Shown here: piece by piece, positions 1 to 10,703 of the stretch
How positions within the stretch are numbered: the stretch's first letter is position 1
Layout of the letters: the number at the start of each line of letters is the position of its first letter
DNA from: a virus
Direction: 5' to 3' (one strand)
IMG/VR virus record: IMGVR_UViG_3300036790_000500
Coordinates: 32,001 to 96,000 of that record
Length of the DNA: 64,000 nucleotides
Translations under genes and position numbers: made by a program
The notes under the pieces: model-generated
The model's input: only the letters and a program-made list of their open reading frames with translations
The model's database searches: none
Told to the model about the DNA's origin: nothing

Positions 1-1
1 C

Positions 2-706
2 TCGATTGAAACGAACGTCGTGGGAACGGCCAACGTGGCCGAGGCGGCCCGACAGGGTGGTTGTCCGCGCATCGTTTACTCAGCCAGTTCCTCGGCCTAC
101 GGTCGTAAGAACGAGCCACCGATGGTCGAGGACATGCCGACAGACTGTCTCAACCCGTACTCGATGTCGAAGAAGGCGGGCGAGGACGTCATGGACGTCT
201 ATAATCGCCTCTATGGAATCAGCACCGTCAGCCTCCGGTACTTCAACGTTTACGGTCCCCGTCATCAGGAGGAGGGCCGGTACGCCACCGTCATCGCCAT
301 TTTCCGACGGCAGTTGCGAATGGGGCAGATGATGACCGTAGTCGGCGACGGTACCCAGCGCCGGGACTTCACCTTCGTCGGGGACGTGGTCCGGGCCAAC
401 ATGCTCGCCATGATGAACCGAGAGGCGACCGGCGTCTTCAACATCGGAACCGGTACAAACTTTAGCGTGAATGAACTTGCCGCGCTCATCGATGGCGACA
501 AGTACGGGACCAACTGGATGAACAAGGTCGAGTACGTCCCTCCTCGTCTGGGCGAGGCCAGCGTCACGCTGGCAGATAACACCAAGGCCTGGAACGTCCT
601 CGGCTGGAAGCCGCAAGTGTCACTCGAGCAGGGCCTCGATGTCATCGATGTGTATGAGAAGAAGATGGGTGCCGGCTCCAGTCGCATCATCCTGGCGGGG
701 CGCTGA
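2..706 (+). CDS. NAD-dependent nucleotide-sugar epimerase/dehydratase (5'-truncated)
   Basis: Frame open from the window edge (SIETNVVGTANV); SSSAYG, YxxxK (YSMSK), LRYFNVYGP and RDFTFVGD motifs of extended SDRs. Confidence 0.92.
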   Translation, partial: SIETNVVGTANVAEAARQGGCPRIVYSASSSAYGRKNEPPMVEDMPTDCLNPYSMSKKAGEDVMDVYNRLYGISTVSLRYFNVYGPRHQEEGRYATVIAIFRRQLRMGQMMTVVGDGTQRRDFTFVGDVVRANMLAMMNREATGVFNIGTGTNFSVNELAALIDGDKYGTNWMNKVEYVPPRLGEASVTLADNTKAWNVLGWKPQVSLEQGLDVIDVYEKKMGAGSSRIILAGR

Positions 707-3700
707 TGGCGAAGAGGAAACGGCTTCTTTTCACGGGTCCCGTTCTCACAGCCTCAGGCTACGGTGTGCATGCCCGTCAACTCCTGGCCGGTCTGGTGGA
801 ATCGGACCAGTATGACGTCTACGTTGAGAGCCTGAAGTGGGGTGAGACCCCCTTCCTCACCGACCCGAGCCTCGAATGGATTCGACAACTAGTCGCTAAG
901 CAGGCGCCGGCGCAGCCGGACGTGCACGTCCACGTCACCATTCCCAACGAGTTCAAGCGCCGCGCGCCGCTGGAGATTGGCGTCACCGCCGGCATCGAGG
1001 TCGACCGCGTCTCCCCGCAGTGGCTCCTGAAGTGCAACTCCGAGGTCGATGTAGTCGTCGTCCCCAGTGAGCACTCGAGGGTCGCCTTCGGAGTGCAGTA
1101 CCAGGGCTCGAACGGTCAGCAACTCAAACTTGAGAAGCCAATCCTCGTGATTCCTGAGGGAGTGGACACCGCTTGGTTCAAGCCGGCGCGAGCAGAGTCT
1201 GAACTCTTGAATCGAGTCGAAGTGCCGGATAGGAACTTCGTCTTCACGGGACTCGGGTTGGACAAGCCCCAAGGCCGTGACCGAAAGAACGTCACTCGCT
1301 TGATTGAGTACTTCTGCAAGGCCTTCAGCGGAAGCAAGGGCATCGGTCTAATCCTGAAGACCTCCGTCGTCAACGGCTCCTCGCTCGACTATGAAATCTG
1401 TAAGAAGCGAATAAAGGAAATCAAGACGTCGGCTGGGTTTCCTGACGCACCGGTCTTCCTTGTCCATGGACGGGTCTCTGAGACCGAGATGGCCGGGATT
1501 TACAACGACCCTCGGGTGCTCGCCGCGGTTAGCCTGACGCACGGTGAGGGCTACGGACTTCCGTTGATTGAGGCAGCCGCCTGCGACCTCCCTGTCATCG
1601 CGACCGACTGGTCGGGTCACCTAGACTTTCTTACCCACCCCGATGGACGTAAACTCTTCGTTCCTGTGGAATATGACCTGACCGAGGTCTGGCAGGAGTG
1701 TACCTGGGACGGCGTCATCGAGCCGGGAACCCGCTGGGCGGTTGCCCGTGAGGCCGACGCAATCACCAAACTGCAGAAGATGGCGCTCTCCTCCGAGACT
1801 CCCCGTAAGTGGGCCCAGGAACTCGGCCAATCTATTCGTGAGCGCTTGAACCTAAAGGCCACCCAGGACCTCTTCAACGCTGTCGTGGCGCAGGCCTGTC
1901 GGGAAATCGACAGCGCTAGGCCGTCCCAAGACCGGGATGCCTTCGTCGCTGCGCTGCGGTCACAGGTCTCCGCCAGGGGCCTCAGCCTCGTCTATACGAT
2001 GCCCATGTCAGCGGGTGACGTGTTCCTTAGCACCGGTGTCGTGAGTGCCCTCCGACGTCGCCATCCAGGCCACCGGGTCTACTTCGCCACCCAGGGTCGA
2101 TACTTCGACATCATCAAGGACCTAAGGCTTTCAGACGGAACGCTGTTGGTGGATGAGTTGCTGGAGTACCAACCCTGGATGCAGGAGGTAGCGGTCCTCG
2201 AGGACGTCTTCGATGAGGTCTACACCCCGAACCTAGCCGTACAGATGCTTTGGTCGAACTGGGTCCACAAGGGCAATGGTCGACACCTCCTGGACGAGTT
2301 CGCGGTCCAATGCGGGGTGAACGCCCTGGAGCCGGTCCTCCCGGACATGGAGCCAATCGATGTCCTGAGCGTGGGAGACACGTGGGTCGCCGTCCACTCC
2401 GGAGGACAGAAGTCCGCCCGCGGCTACGCCCACTGGCCGGAACTGGTCAAGAACATCAGGTCCGCCGGACTAAAAGTCGTCCAAGTCGGCGCTTCCGATG
2501 ACCTCTCCGTGGGGGAGGTTGACTTAGACGTCCGGGGGAAGACCGACCACCGGCATTTGGGGATTTATCTCTCGAACTGCGCTGCATTCGTGGGAATCGA
2601 CAGTTACCCGATGCACGTTGCCGCGGCCTGTGGGACCAACGTCGTAGCCCTCTTCGGAAGTTCCTACGCGACCACGACCGGCCCGCGCAAGTCCGGGCGA
2701 GGTAAACTCAGGGTCATGGAGACCCCCGACCGGAACGGCTGTGACCGGGCCTGCTACAAGGACGTCTGCAAGGTTGACGCGGGGAATCCCTGCATCAACA
2801 ACATCAAGCCGATATACGTCTATCTCGACCTGATGAAGTCACTCGGTATCACCGACGCACCGTTCTACACGGAGCATCACCCTAGGATTGGCGGCTACAT
2901 TCATTTGATGAACCCGAAGAGGAACGGGTACCCATTCGTTCAAAGCATCAATAGCATGCTTGGGTTCTGTGCGGAGGTCATCGTCGTCGACGGCGGCTCC
3001 ACCGACGGAACCAAGGAGGAACTCGAGGCGATGTCCCTGGCTGACCCGCAACTGAAGGTCATCACCCGTGAGTGGGACCCCGAGGAGCCCGGGATGGACG
3101 GGATGCAGAAGGCCTTCGGTCGAGCCATGGTCTCCCCTGACTGCGAGTTCCTCTGGCAGCAGGACGCCGACGAGGTCGTGCACCCTGACGATTGGCCGAA
3201 GATTGTGCAACTCTGCAAGCGGTTCCCCGCCGACGTGGACGTCATGCACCTCCCCGTGATTGAACTCTGGGGCGACGACCGTCACGTTCGCACCGACCGG
3301 CACAGTTGGAAGTGGCGGCTCTCCCGGAACAACCTCCGGGTGACGCACGGCATCAACACCCAGGCTCGGCAGTTGGACCCCAAGACGGGTCGGGTCTTCT
3401 CGAAGCCCGGCCAATCGGACGGCTGCGAGTACATCGACATCGTGACCGGTAACCACCTGTCGCATCGCGGCTTCTACAACCAGGAACTCGAGCGCCTGCG
3501 ACGGGAGGACCCCGAGGAATACGGTCGACAGATGAATCGGGTCTTCGCGACACTGCCCAGCGTCTGGCACTACAGTTGGGCCGACCTACCGCGGAAGGTG
3601 CGGAACTTTCGAGACTTCTGGAACGCTCAGTGGTCAGTCCTCTACCAACAACCCGTCGAGGCCCGCTTCGCGGACGTGGTGTCGGAGGAGGACGTCCAAC

Positions 3701-3801
3701 GAAAGGCCAAGGAGTTATTGGAGCGCGGCGGGGAGCATAGCCCCGCTCCAACGTTCCTAATTGACCGTGAACCACCTGCAAGCATGAAGGAAAGACAATG
3801 A
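706..3801 (+). CDS. Tri-domain glycosyltransferase (GT4-like + GT9/heptosyltransferase-like + GT2-like)
   Basis: EGYGLPLIEAAAC (GT4); AGDVFLSTGVVSALRRRHP and FVGIDSYPMHVAAA (GT9); VDGGSTDGT and QDADE (GT2). Confidence 0.88.
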   Translation: MAKRKRLLFTGPVLTASGYGVHARQLLAGLVESDQYDVYVESLKWGETPFLTDPSLEWIRQLVAKQAPAQPDVHVHVTIPNEFKRRAPLEIGVTAGIEVDRVSPQWLLKCNSEVDVVVVPSEHSRVAFGVQYQGSNGQQLKLEKPILVIPEGVDTAWFKPARAESELLNRVEVPDRNFVFTGLGLDKPQGRDRKNVTRLIEYFCKAFSGSKGIGLILKTSVVNGSSLDYEICKKRIKEIKTSAGFPDAPVFLVHGRVSETEMAGIYNDPRVLAAVSLTHGEGYGLPLIEAAACDLPVIATDWSGHLDFLTHPDGRKLFVPVEYDLTEVWQECTWDGVIEPGTRWAVAREADAITKLQKMALSSETPRKWAQELGQSIRERLNLKATQDLFNAVVAQACREIDSARPSQDRDAFVAALRSQVSARGLSLVYTMPMSAGDVFLSTGVVSALRRRHPGHRVYFATQGRYFDIIKDLRLSDGTLLVDELLEYQPWMQEVAVLEDVFDEVYTPNLAVQMLWSNWVHKGNGRHLLDEFAVQCGVNALEPVLPDMEPIDVLSVGDTWVAVHSGGQKSARGYAHWPELVKNIRSAGLKVVQVGASDDLSVGEVDLDVRGKTDHRHLGIYLSNCAAFVGIDSYPMHVAAACGTNVVALFGSSYATTTGPRKSGRGKLRVMETPDRNGCDRACYKDVCKVDAGNPCINNIKPIYVYLDLMKSLGITDAPFYTEHHPRIGGYIHLMNPKRNGYPFVQSINSMLGFCAEVIVVDGGSTDGTKEELEAMSLADPQLKVITREWDPEEPGMDGMQKAFGRAMVSPDCEFLWQQDADEVVHPDDWPKIVQLCKRFPADVDVMHLPVIELWGDDRHVRTDRHSWKWRLSRNNLRVTHGINTQARQLDPKTGRVFSKPGQSDGCEYIDIVTGNHLSHRGFYNQELERLRREDPEEYGRQMNRVFATLPSVWHYSWADLPRKVRNFRDFWNAQWSVLYQQPVEARFADVVSEEDVQRKAKELLERGGEHSPAPTFLIDREPPASMKERQ

Positions 3802-4124
3802 GTAGTCACTGGGAACAAGGAAAGATTGACAGAGCACTTCGAGGCGAAACTCAGAAGCGAATCCAGAAGACTGAGAAGAGACCGGGTCCGGTCAAGCGGG
3901 CCTTCAGTCGAATCAAGCGAATGTTCTTCTCCTTGTTCTTCCGTGTTCGATGGGTTCTCCTCGACCGCAAGCGGACGTATGCGCGGATGCGTCAGTTGAC
4001 CGGCGTCGACGAACCGAAGCGGAAGCGTGAGCCAATACACATCGCGGTCGGCCCCACTATCACGCCCGCCGACATGCACGAGCCTGCGCCGGCTCTGAGC
4101 CAGAGACGCTGGAAGGACAACTGA
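3798..4124 (+). CDS. Hypothetical basic protein
   Basis: ATGA overlap with the upstream gene; fills the gap between two GT genes. Confidence 0.6.
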   Translation: MSSHWEQGKIDRALRGETQKRIQKTEKRPGPVKRAFSRIKRMFFSLFFRVRWVLLDRKRTYARMRQLTGVDEPKRKREPIHIAVGPTITPADMHEPAPALSQRRWKDN

Positions 4125-4127
4125 CCG

Positions 4128-4892
4128 TTGTCCCTGATTGCAGACATCTTCGTTACGATACGGGGTGGAAGAGAGGACCTCACTGCTCGTTCCCTGCGTT
4201 CACTTCGGGAGAACACGACGCACGGTCAGTATCGCCTTACACTCTGCTTCGACGGGACGTCTCGGGGGGAGCGACACGACCTGGAGACGGCCTTCAATCC
4301 GGCCTATTCCCTCTCCTCAGACTTGAATGAGGGTCTCGGTCCGACCATCAATCGAGCCGTGGCTCACATCAAGTCCGTCAATGATTGGTACTCCGACCCG
4401 AAGGCATCGAACATGGCGCTTGTGGCCCCGTACCTCTGCATGGTCCAGGACGACGTCCAATACTCGAAGGACTGGCTACCCGTCCTTGCGTCACGATTCA
4501 GGGCCTACGGCATGCAGTACAAGTTGGGGTTCGCCTCGGGCATTGAGTGCGTCGAGCATCCGGTTCGTCAGTCCCTGATGCATGACGGAAGCATCGTTCT
4601 CAAGGACTGGCTTCGCGCTACGATGATGCTCTCGACCCGGGAGTACTGGGAGAGCATGATGCCGATTCCCCGTTTCGACCCGGAGACGGGTCAGGTACGG
4701 GCCAAGCCGAACGACGGCATGGGCAGCGGGGTGGATTGGTGGGTCATTCGTGACCACGAGAACTCCGTTTGTAGGACCGGACGCACGAACCTCGTGTTGC
4801 CGGGGCTCTGCCAGCACATGGGATATGCTCAAAGCACATGGTTGAAGCGGGAGATGCCGGAGAGCGACAGCGACAAGGAGAAGATTGGATGA
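4128..4892 (+). CDS. GT2/GT-A fold glycosyltransferase
   Basis: SLRSLRENT..LCFDGTS, NEGLGPTIN, VQDDV (DxD-like), QHMG. Confidence 0.75.
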   Translation: MSLIADIFVTIRGGREDLTARSLRSLRENTTHGQYRLTLCFDGTSRGERHDLETAFNPAYSLSSDLNEGLGPTINRAVAHIKSVNDWYSDPKASNMALVAPYLCMVQDDVQYSKDWLPVLASRFRAYGMQYKLGFASGIECVEHPVRQSLMHDGSIVLKDWLRATMMLSTREYWESMMPIPRFDPETGQVRAKPNDGMGSGVDWWVIRDHENSVCRTGRTNLVLPGLCQHMGYAQSTWLKREMPESDSDKEKIG

Positions 4893-5938
4893 GGAGGCTC
4901 ATCACTGTCTCCTACACCTCTCTGAACGCCTCGGGGGGTGTGCCGGCCTTCAACCGAGCCCTACACTCGGCCTTTCCTGACCGGGAGTGTAAGCACTTCT
5001 GCTGGGAGGACTTTCCATGGCATCCGGAGGTCGACGCCCAGGGAGAGACCGAGTGGGGCAAGGCCCGTCGCTTGAACGAGTACCTGGTCCGCTCCCGGCT
5101 CATCGGCACGGACGACGTCGTGGTGGCCGACGGCTTCTGGGCGGCCGGCCTCGAACATCTCCCGAAGGCGATTAGCGTGGCGCACGGCATCTGGTCGCAC
5201 CTCACCCTTGAGGACGTCCAGGCCGGGAAGCAGCCGGACATGCCGTATCACCATGCGGCCCAAGTGGAGTTCCGTCGACGCTGGTGTGGCCTCGGCAAAC
5301 GCATGACGGCAGTCTCTGATTTCATCGCCAATGAGATGAAGCGGCAGTGGGGGTTCGAGGTCGACCGGGTCATCAACAACGGCGTTGACACGGAACTTTG
5401 GAAGCCGATGACAAATCGCCTCCCTCGGGCACGCCCTCTCGTCCTCCACGGAGTTAACGACGCTTCTAATCTCAACAAGGGCGGTGACCACGTGGTTCTG
5501 CTCGCAAAGGAACTCGATGCAGACGTCCTCTCATTCGATGATGGAGTAGACAGATATCGATTCGCTGGGAAAGATTTCACTAGACCTGAAGCACTCGCTC
5601 AGGCAGACATTTTCGTCCATCCCTCCGGTTACGAGGGAAATTCCATGATGGTGGCTGAGGCCTTGGCTTGCGGTGTCCCTGTCATCGGCTATGACGTCGG
5701 CTACCTCTGGTCCATCAAGGACTGCTACGGCTCCGTCATCGATAGGACCAAGCGGTCACCGGAGTTTACGCTTGCGGCCGCTCGAGACCTGCTCTCTAAC
5801 GAACCGCTGCAGACCAGGCTTCGTGGTCAGGGTCGTGACCTGGCAACCAGAGACCTCAGCATCGTTTGCTTCCGGGACAGTTGGCGGGAGTACATTGATT
5901 TTGTTGAAGGGAGGCGTCGTGATAAGGGTTCGCGTTGA
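4889..5938 (+). CDS. GT4 glycosyltransferase
   Basis: SGGV, AVS, INNGVD, HPSGYEGNSMMVAEALACGVPVI; start set at the ATGA overlap (4889). Confidence 0.9.
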   Translation: MRRLITVSYTSLNASGGVPAFNRALHSAFPDRECKHFCWEDFPWHPEVDAQGETEWGKARRLNEYLVRSRLIGTDDVVVADGFWAAGLEHLPKAISVAHGIWSHLTLEDVQAGKQPDMPYHHAAQVEFRRRWCGLGKRMTAVSDFIANEMKRQWGFEVDRVINNGVDTELWKPMTNRLPRARPLVLHGVNDASNLNKGGDHVVLLAKELDADVLSFDDGVDRYRFAGKDFTRPEALAQADIFVHPSGYEGNSMMVAEALACGVPVIGYDVGYLWSIKDCYGSVIDRTKRSPEFTLAAARDLLSNEPLQTRLRGQGRDLATRDLSIVCFRDSWREYIDFVEGRRRDKGSR

Positions 5939-6596
5939 CGACTATCCTAGGACTTCTAAACACGAGCCCCAGCACACGCGGTCGACCTTTCGGGACTTCC
6001 ACCGTGTTCTGAGTGAGGGCATCGGAGGCAAGCGGTATCTCCTTGGGGTGGTGCCAGGCCAGTGTGACCCAGACGACCTCCTGCTCATACGAAATGAGTT
6101 GGATGTGGTCGTCGGCATGCACGGGACGGACCACGATGAGGAGCGGTTGACTAGGAACGGCGGCAACCAGTTCGAACCCTATTTGACAGCCAATCAAATC
6201 TCTCAGGCTCTTGATGAGCATCGAAAGGCCTTAGGGTCTGCCCTCGGTCAGTGGGCGACCGTCTACATGCCACCGCGAAACGTCATCGACGAACGTACTG
6301 TCACAGCGGCCTTAGCGTGCGGCTTTCACTACTTCACATCCGGACCCGAAACGTCCGCTGACGTTCGAGAACGCCATCCGTTGATGTTCATCCACAGTGA
6401 GAAGCCACACGAGTACGGGCGCTCGGATGAGATGTTCGCGGCTCGCAGCCACCTTACATTGGCCGAGCGGGCCGCCGAAGGCCGCGACATCACGCTGTGT
6501 CTTCACTGGACGTGGGAAACGAACGTGGGACTGGGCCAACTTCGGAGGTTCCTAAATCAGATACCCAAGGCCCTCTTCGCGGACTTCGACGGATGA
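5919..6596 (+). CDS. Polysaccharide deacetylase-like (NodB-fold) protein
   Basis: IRVRVDD, MHGTDH, YMPPRN and LCLH motifs; GTG start after GGAGG. Confidence 0.7.
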   Translation: MIRVRVDDYPRTSKHEPQHTRSTFRDFHRVLSEGIGGKRYLLGVVPGQCDPDDLLLIRNELDVVVGMHGTDHDEERLTRNGGNQFEPYLTANQISQALDEHRKALGSALGQWATVYMPPRNVIDERTVTAALACGFHYFTSGPETSADVRERHPLMFIHSEKPHEYGRSDEMFAARSHLTLAERAAEGRDITLCLHWTWETNVGLGQLRRFLNQIPKALFADFDG

Positions 6597-8104
6597 CCGA
6601 CGTCTGCCTCGTCATACCGCCGTCCATCTTCCTGCTGGACGAGCGGGTCTTCGCATCGCTGGGCATCCTAAAGGTCGCTTCATCGCTCGAGGCCGCCGGT
6701 CATCGGGTCGAAGTCCTCGACCTCTCCGGCATCGCCAACTACGAGGAGGTGGCGGCCCTGCACGCCCGAGGGTCCCGTTCCACGGTCTTCGGAATCACCA
6801 CGACGACACCCCAGATGCCGGCGACCACCAAGGTCCTAGCCGCCATTCGCAAGGTCCGGGCGGACGCTCGGGTCATCATCGGCGGGCCCCATCCCACCCT
6901 CATTGCCGCTGCCCGACGTATGGAGGCAAAGCGGGGGACGGTGGCGCGTGGGCATGCGGCCTTCGACGTCCTGATGGGCATGTTCGACGCAGTGGTCTCA
7001 GGGGACGGGGAGTTGGCCATCCACGAGGCATTGACGACCGATGGCTTCATCGACGCCGATGACCCGAAGGGTCCGCTCTTCCTGACCAATGCAACGCTGG
7101 AGGAGACCGCCTGGCCGGCCCGGCATCTCATTGACCTTGGCTCATATCACTACGACGTGCATGGGTACAACGCGACGAGTCTCATTGCACAGTTGGGATG
7201 CCCATTTAAATGTTCGTTCTGTGGTGGCCGAAACTCCAGCATGCTTCGACGCATCCGTACTCGCTCCACGGAGAGCATCGTCGATGAACTTGAGCACCTA
7301 CATCGAACGTACGGTTATCGCGGCTTCATGTTCTATGACGATGAATTGAACGTCAACAAAGACATAATCCAACTCATGGACGGCATCTCTAACCTGCAGG
7401 AACGTCTAGGAGTGGATTTCCGGCTCCGCGGCTTCGTTAAATCTGAACTCTTCACTCCCGAGCAGGCACAGAGCATGTATCGGGCTGGATTTCGGCAACT
7501 TCTCACGGGTTTCGAGAGCGGTTCGGAACGCATCCTGTTAAACATTAACAAGAAGGCCACCAGGGACGAGAACACTCGTTGCGTTGACACCGCACGGGCC
7601 GCCGGTCTCAAGGTTAAGGCCCTGATGTCGGTCGGACACGCCGGGGAGAGCCTGGAGACCGTCGAGGCCACTCGGGACTGGCTTCTCGAGGTCCAGCCTG
7701 AGGACTTCGATTGCACCGTCATCACGACGTACCCGGGCACCCCCTACTACGACGAGGCCGTGAACACGTCACCCAACGTCTGGACCTACACAGCCAAGAA
7801 CGGGGACCGACTGCACGCCCGGGAGTTGGACTACAACACGACGGCGGACTACTATAAGGGCGCCCCCGACGGCGGCTACGCGGCCTACGTCTTCACCGAC
7901 CACATCACGTCGGACGACCTCGTTCGGGCTCGCGACGACCTTGAGCGTGAGGTCCGGGCGAAGTTGAGCATTCCGTTCAATCAATCTGCAGTATCAGTGA
8001 ACTTTGAGCACTCCATGGGACAGGGCCCGGCCCTCCCACCGAGCATCCTCCGGACATCGGATGGAAGCGTCAAGAGGGTGGTGAGGCTCAGTGTCGTCCG
8101 CTAG
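6593..8104 (+). CDS. B12-binding domain radical SAM enzyme (class B type)
   Basis: N-terminal SLGILKVASSL...IIGGPHPT cobalamin-binding domain; CPFKCSFC (CxxxCxxC); GFESGS; YPGTPYY. Confidence 0.9.
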   Translation: MTDVCLVIPPSIFLLDERVFASLGILKVASSLEAAGHRVEVLDLSGIANYEEVAALHARGSRSTVFGITTTTPQMPATTKVLAAIRKVRADARVIIGGPHPTLIAAARRMEAKRGTVARGHAAFDVLMGMFDAVVSGDGELAIHEALTTDGFIDADDPKGPLFLTNATLEETAWPARHLIDLGSYHYDVHGYNATSLIAQLGCPFKCSFCGGRNSSMLRRIRTRSTESIVDELEHLHRTYGYRGFMFYDDELNVNKDIIQLMDGISNLQERLGVDFRLRGFVKSELFTPEQAQSMYRAGFRQLLTGFESGSERILLNINKKATRDENTRCVDTARAAGLKVKALMSVGHAGESLETVEATRDWLLEVQPEDFDCTVITTYPGTPYYDEAVNTSPNVWTYTAKNGDRLHARELDYNTTADYYKGAPDGGYAAYVFTDHITSDDLVRARDDLEREVRAKLSIPFNQSAVSVNFEHSMGQGPALPPSILRTSDGSVKRVVRLSVVR

Positions 8105-9134
8105 CGGCAAGGTCCTCGTCATCTCCACTCGAGAGGGCAGTGACTTCTCGATGGACCTGGTCTACGCGGGGCTCTGTCGGCGCTTTGGGTTCGACCGGGT
8201 AGTTGATTATCCGGCCCACGCCAAGCACCGCCGGGGTCGGCCCGTCCTAACGGGAGACCCAGAGCGGGACTACGGCCTCGAGCGGGGGTCCCTTTGCTAC
8301 GTCTCCGGCTGCGAGGCCACCCCGGCCCACTCCCTTCAGGAGGTCGCCTCCATGGCGCTCGCCGGCGAGTTCGACTACGTCTTTCTCGACGAGACGGACG
8401 AGGCGTTCGTCCGCTTCATCTCCGTCTTCGCGACCGGTCATCGTCGTACTAGGGTCGTGGTTGTCGCGGGGCATGACCGATTTCGCGGGGACCCGGCCGC
8501 GGTCCAGATGCGCTTCGGCCAACGCCTGGCAGCCATGTTCATCGACGATTGGCTGCCCCAGTACGACGGCCTCCCACGCACGCACCTGATGAACCTCTCC
8601 ATCAACTTCGACCACCTCTGGACGTCGGACCGGCGGGACGAGTTCCTTGCGGACAAGCGGTATGACGTCTGTTTCGTGGGATACAACAGCCATCCGGTTC
8701 GGAAGTTGGTCGTCGACCACGTTCGGATGCGATGGGGTCACCTGAACAACCACATCGTCCTCGAGGAGCGTCCGGACACGTTCTCAGACTTCGTTCGTCA
8801 CGACCGGCTTTTCGAAACCATGGCGCGGTCCCGGGTCTGCCTCAACCTCCCCGGAGCCTCGACCGGCGGCCGGGCCCTTCGCTTCTATGAGACGCCTTAC
8901 GTCGGTTCGTTCATGCTCTCTGCCCGTTTTCCAGCAAAACTCATAGACCCTCCCGAGGAGGACCGCCATTGCGCCTTCTTCGATTCCCTGGCCGAGTTGG
9001 ACCGCAACATCGGTTGGGCCTTGGAAGAGGAGTTGACCCGTGAGATGATGGCCGCTGAGTGCCATGACCTCTTCCTGAGGAAGCATTCGGTTGACGCGCG
9101 AATGGACTACGTCTTCAACATCCTTGAAGGGTGA
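8091..9134 (+). CDS. CgeB-like / GT-B glycosyltransferase
   Basis: YDVCFVG...R, SRVCLN, LRFYE motifs. Confidence 0.75.
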   Translation: MSSASGKVLVISTREGSDFSMDLVYAGLCRRFGFDRVVDYPAHAKHRRGRPVLTGDPERDYGLERGSLCYVSGCEATPAHSLQEVASMALAGEFDYVFLDETDEAFVRFISVFATGHRRTRVVVVAGHDRFRGDPAAVQMRFGQRLAAMFIDDWLPQYDGLPRTHLMNLSINFDHLWTSDRRDEFLADKRYDVCFVGYNSHPVRKLVVDHVRMRWGHLNNHIVLEERPDTFSDFVRHDRLFETMARSRVCLNLPGASTGGRALRFYETPYVGSFMLSARFPAKLIDPPEEDRHCAFFDSLAELDRNIGWALEEELTREMMAAECHDLFLRKHSVDARMDYVFNILEG

Positions 9135-9149
9135 TAGGATGGACCACAC

Positions 9150-10052
9150 GTGAGGGTCCTTTACGCGAAATGCTTCGGGCTGGGAAACGCTGTGATGAGC
9201 GTTCCAGCCATCAAGGCATTGGCCTCTGTCGCTAGGGGTCCGATTGACGTGCTCGTGGGTAGCACCCCCGACGACGGCGGGGCCCTCGAGGTCATGTTAG
9301 AACTGCAGAAGTACTATGACTGCGTCGGTGATGTCTTCGTCGACCGGGCCGGACTTGACGTCGTTTACGACGTAGCGGTGTTAGCCATTCCCTTCGACGG
9401 CCGCTGGTCGAACGGGACCCACTTTCGCGCTCAGTCCGTCGTGGACGCTCGGCCCAGGCCCGGTGACCCGAACGTCCTCGGCCTCAACTCATGGAAGAAA
9501 CATGAGATTGAGTACCAGATGGACAACGCTCGTGGGCTCGGATATAGCGGTCGCACCATGTCATCGTGCTTCACCCTCTCTCCCTGGAAATGTGATGAGG
9601 ACCTGGTCTATGTCGGCCTCGGCTTCAAGCGGGACCCGTCGGGGTTTTGGTCTAAGAAGCACTGGGGTAACGGTCGCTTCATTGGCTTCATGGAGTCTCT
9701 GAAGGAACTCAGGCCCCAGACGCGCTTCATCACCACCTGCGGCTCCGTGGACATGCCGGTGGTGACCGACGTGCATCGTGGTTTCCCGGAACTGAAAGCC
9801 GTCTTCGCTTCTATTAGGATGTCGTTCCCCGACGTGGCTCGGGCCGGCAGTTTCTTCGGAAACGACACAGGCATGGCCCATGTGGCGGCCTCGTTCGGTC
9901 GGCCGACGTACATGATGACGGCCTTTGAGGGCTCGGAGATAAAGAATCCCCCGGCCTGTCCGAGGTCGAAGTGCAACCCGTTTCACACCGTCGCCATGGA
10001 CCCCAAGGCCGTGGCGGCTGACTTCGCTGACTTCGTATGGGGGAAACAGTAG
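9150..10052 (+). CDS. GT9 (heptosyltransferase-like) glycosyltransferase
   Basis: GLGNAVMSVPAIKAL, KHE, KKHW, FFGNDTGMAHVAASFGRP. Confidence 0.85.
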   Translation: MRVLYAKCFGLGNAVMSVPAIKALASVARGPIDVLVGSTPDDGGALEVMLELQKYYDCVGDVFVDRAGLDVVYDVAVLAIPFDGRWSNGTHFRAQSVVDARPRPGDPNVLGLNSWKKHEIEYQMDNARGLGYSGRTMSSCFTLSPWKCDEDLVYVGLGFKRDPSGFWSKKHWGNGRFIGFMESLKELRPQTRFITTCGSVDMPVVTDVHRGFPELKAVFASIRMSFPDVARAGSFFGNDTGMAHVAASFGRPTYMMTAFEGSEIKNPPACPRSKCNPFHTVAMDPKAVAADFADFVWGKQ

Positions 10053-10703
10053 ATGCTCGACCAGTTGGGAAAGATGCTCCTGGCGTTCATAGAGATGGCC
10101 ACGCGTCCGGGGTTGGCGGAGGATACCCACGGAAACCTCTCGTGTCGTGACGTCAATCTCGACGATTGCATCCTCATCAAGCCCTCCGGAATTCCATATA
10201 TCCAGATTGAGCGGCCCGACGTTCGTCGGGTCCGGCTCTCCGACGGGTCGACGTTTCGGGAGGACGGATGCATTCCGTCCGTCGACACCCCTCATCACCT
10301 CAGTATCTATCGACGTTATCCTGACGTCAGTTCAATCTGTCACACTCACTCTCCGTATGCCACGGCCTGGGCCATCACAGGAAACACGATGCACGTTTGC
10401 TGCACGGAGCACGCGGACTACTTCGGACACAGAATACGCTGTCTACCGTTTGCCTCGTTGGACGTCTGGGGGGACCGGGTCTCTCTCTTGCCGGGGGAGC
10501 AGGCTGTCCTATTGGGACAGCACGGGGTCCTGGTCCTCTGTCGGGACCCCGACCCGAGGAAGGCCGTCGCCCTTGCCGCGGCCGTAGAAAGCATTGCCAA
10601 GAAGTATACCCTTGCGTCCTCGCTGTCAGACGTGCTATCAATCATGGACCACGACGAGGTCGAGAAGTGGCATGACCGGTACACGAATAGGTACGGCCAA
10701 TGA
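10053..10703 (+). CDS. Class II aldolase / L-ribulose-5-phosphate 4-epimerase-like protein
   Basis: GNLS, IKPSG, PSVDTPHH, HTHSPYATAWA, HADYFG, C-terminal YGQ typical of the AraD family. Confidence 0.85.
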   Translation: MLDQLGKMLLAFIEMATRPGLAEDTHGNLSCRDVNLDDCILIKPSGIPYIQIERPDVRRVRLSDGSTFREDGCIPSVDTPHHLSIYRRYPDVSSICHTHSPYATAWAITGNTMHVCCTEHADYFGHRIRCLPFASLDVWGDRVSLLPGEQAVLLGQHGVLVLCRDPDPRKAVALAAAVESIAKKYTLASSLSDVLSIMDHDEVEKWHDRYTNRYGQ

